A DNA stretch of 64,000 nucleotides from Gammaproteobacteria bacterium (GTDB taxonomy: Bacteria > Pseudomonadota > Gammaproteobacteria > CAISUE01): the NCBI GenBank assembly GCA_021156105.1, contig JAJNBD010000007.1, positions 52,945 through 116,944 on the forward strand. Reading direction: 5' to 3'. The notes under the pieces are model-generated. The model did no database searches, had not been told where the DNA came from, and saw only the letters and a list, made by a program, of their open reading frames with translations. A program made the translations under genes and the position numbers. Within the stretch, counting starts at the first letter, position 1; each line of letters starts with the position of its first letter. Of the stretch, positions 62,929-64,000 are shown piece after piece.

Positions 62929-63921
62929 CTATTCTTCGCGATGTACAATCGTATTTGGGTCAAGACCATTAAAATAGTATTGCCCAACACGCCCTCGATA
63001 CCGCTCATCTTCTGAAACTTGAGAATGTCCATAAGCATGCCCACCAAAACCATGACGAATCATGCTAATGGCTTTCGCCCAATTTTTCTTTTCATCGCGG
63101 CTATTAATAAGTTGCATAACAGCCATTGCAATAACCGGTGTAGGAACTTCCATATGCATCGCATCATCCACTAACCAGTTGACTTCACCTGTGTCATCAA
63201 CATAACTATCAATTTTTTCTAAGCCATCATTTTGTCGGTAAGCCGCGGCCATTAATTCAATTAGCCAACCTCGGATAACTGAACCACGCGTATAAACATC
63301 CAGTGTTGCTTGAATATTTAATTTTAATGGACATGCTTCTAATAAAGCCATGCCCTCACCAATTGCTTCGAGCATACCATATTCAATACCATTATGAACA
63401 AGTTTTACAAAATGGCCCGCACCAGGAGGCCCCGCATGTACATAACCACCACTTACAGATAAAGATGTTAAGATCGGTTCGATAATTGCAGACTCTTCCG
63501 GCGTTCCCCCCAGCATAAAACAAGCACCTGACTCGGCACCTGAGATGCCACCACTCGTTCCCAAATCCACAAAATGGATGCCTTTTTCTAAATATTTTTT
63601 ATGCCGACGAATAGAATCACCCCAATAAGAGTTTCCACCATCAACAATGACGTCGCCATCTTCTAAAATTTCACTTAATTTATCGGCACAGTCATCAACA
63701 GCGTGACCTGCAGGAATATAAATGAAAATCACTCGGGGACGCGCAAGATTCGCAACAAAGCCTTGGTAGTCTTGAACTTGAATTAAACCTTTGCCTAACA
63801 AGTCTGCACTTGCTGGATGAAAATCATATCCCGCAACTTTCATTCCTTTCGCTAACGCTTGTGCTGCAAGATTTCCACCCATGCGTCCTAAACCAATTAC
63901 ACCAAATTGTAGCTGTGACAT
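62929..63921 (-). CDS. 6-phosphogluconate dehydrogenase, short decarboxylating (GndA/YqeC-like) form
   Basis: GVIGLGRMGGNLA Rossmann motif. IVDGGNS and GxGHFVKLVHNGIEYG catalytic region. Start set to ATG with AAGGAG SD, since the track start is further upstream. Confidence 0.75.
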   Translation of the reverse strand: MSQLQFGVIGLGRMGGNLAAQALAKGMKVAGYDFHPASADLLGKGLIQVQDYQGFVANLARPRVIFIYIPAGHAVDDCADKLSEILEDGDVIVDGGNSYWGDSIRRHKKYLEKGIHFVDLGTSGGISGAESGACFMLGGTPEESAIIEPILTSLSVSGGYVHAGPPGAGHFVKLVHNGIEYGMLEAIGEGMALLEACPLKLNIQATLDVYTRGSVIRGWLIELMAAAYRQNDGLEKIDSYVDDTGEVNWLVDDAMHMEVPTPVIAMAVMQLINSRDEKKNWAKAISMIRHGFGGHAYGHSQVSEDERYRGRVGQYYFNGLDPNTIVHREE

Positions 63922-64000
63922 ATTTTCATTCTCCTTAAATAATTTAATAGCTATAGCAAGGTTCTGGCAATCCTTGAACATCATCAATATAAACGGCAAA

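Overview
Window from a low-GC gammaproteobacterium, most likely order Legionellales (Legionella/Coxiella group). Eukaryote-like genes (ankyrin repeats, sterol-desaturase family, iGluR-like channel) and many large helical orphan proteins support this; the species cannot be fixed from sequence alone. Housekeeping core: hemD(partial)-hemX-hemY, rsmD, yhbY, mrdA-pgeF, ftsK, pheS-pheT, rplY-pth, iscA/erpA-like, ttcA, a PlsC-like acyltransferase, an APC permease, trmB, a Dus, aquaporin, trmJ, gyrA and proS. Between these sit accessory segments. One holds a secreted BNR beta-propeller protein and an OMP. One holds an iGluR/GluR0-type ligand-gated channel homolog and an ankyrin protein. A YtrA(GntR)-ABC-DUF2807 operon follows. 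A gyrA-proS island carries orphan effector-like proteins, a def gene remnant, LPS-type glycosyltransferases (GT-C plus WaaG-like), two permuted NlpC/P60-like proteins and a DsbA-like oxidoreductase. The right end holds a compact non-canonical alpha-glucan locus (GDE-GT4-GH57) convergent with a GH15 glucoamylase / glucose-dehydrogenase-like / short 6PGDH operon. No CRISPR array, IS/transposase, integrase or tRNA/rRNA gene was seen. Noteworthy non-coding structure: a ~85-bp element carrying three DnaA-box 9-mers is present three times, twice upstream of pheS and once upstream of gyrA. A ~155-bp MITE/REP-like composite palindrome is also present. All functions are inferred by eye from motifs. No database search was run.
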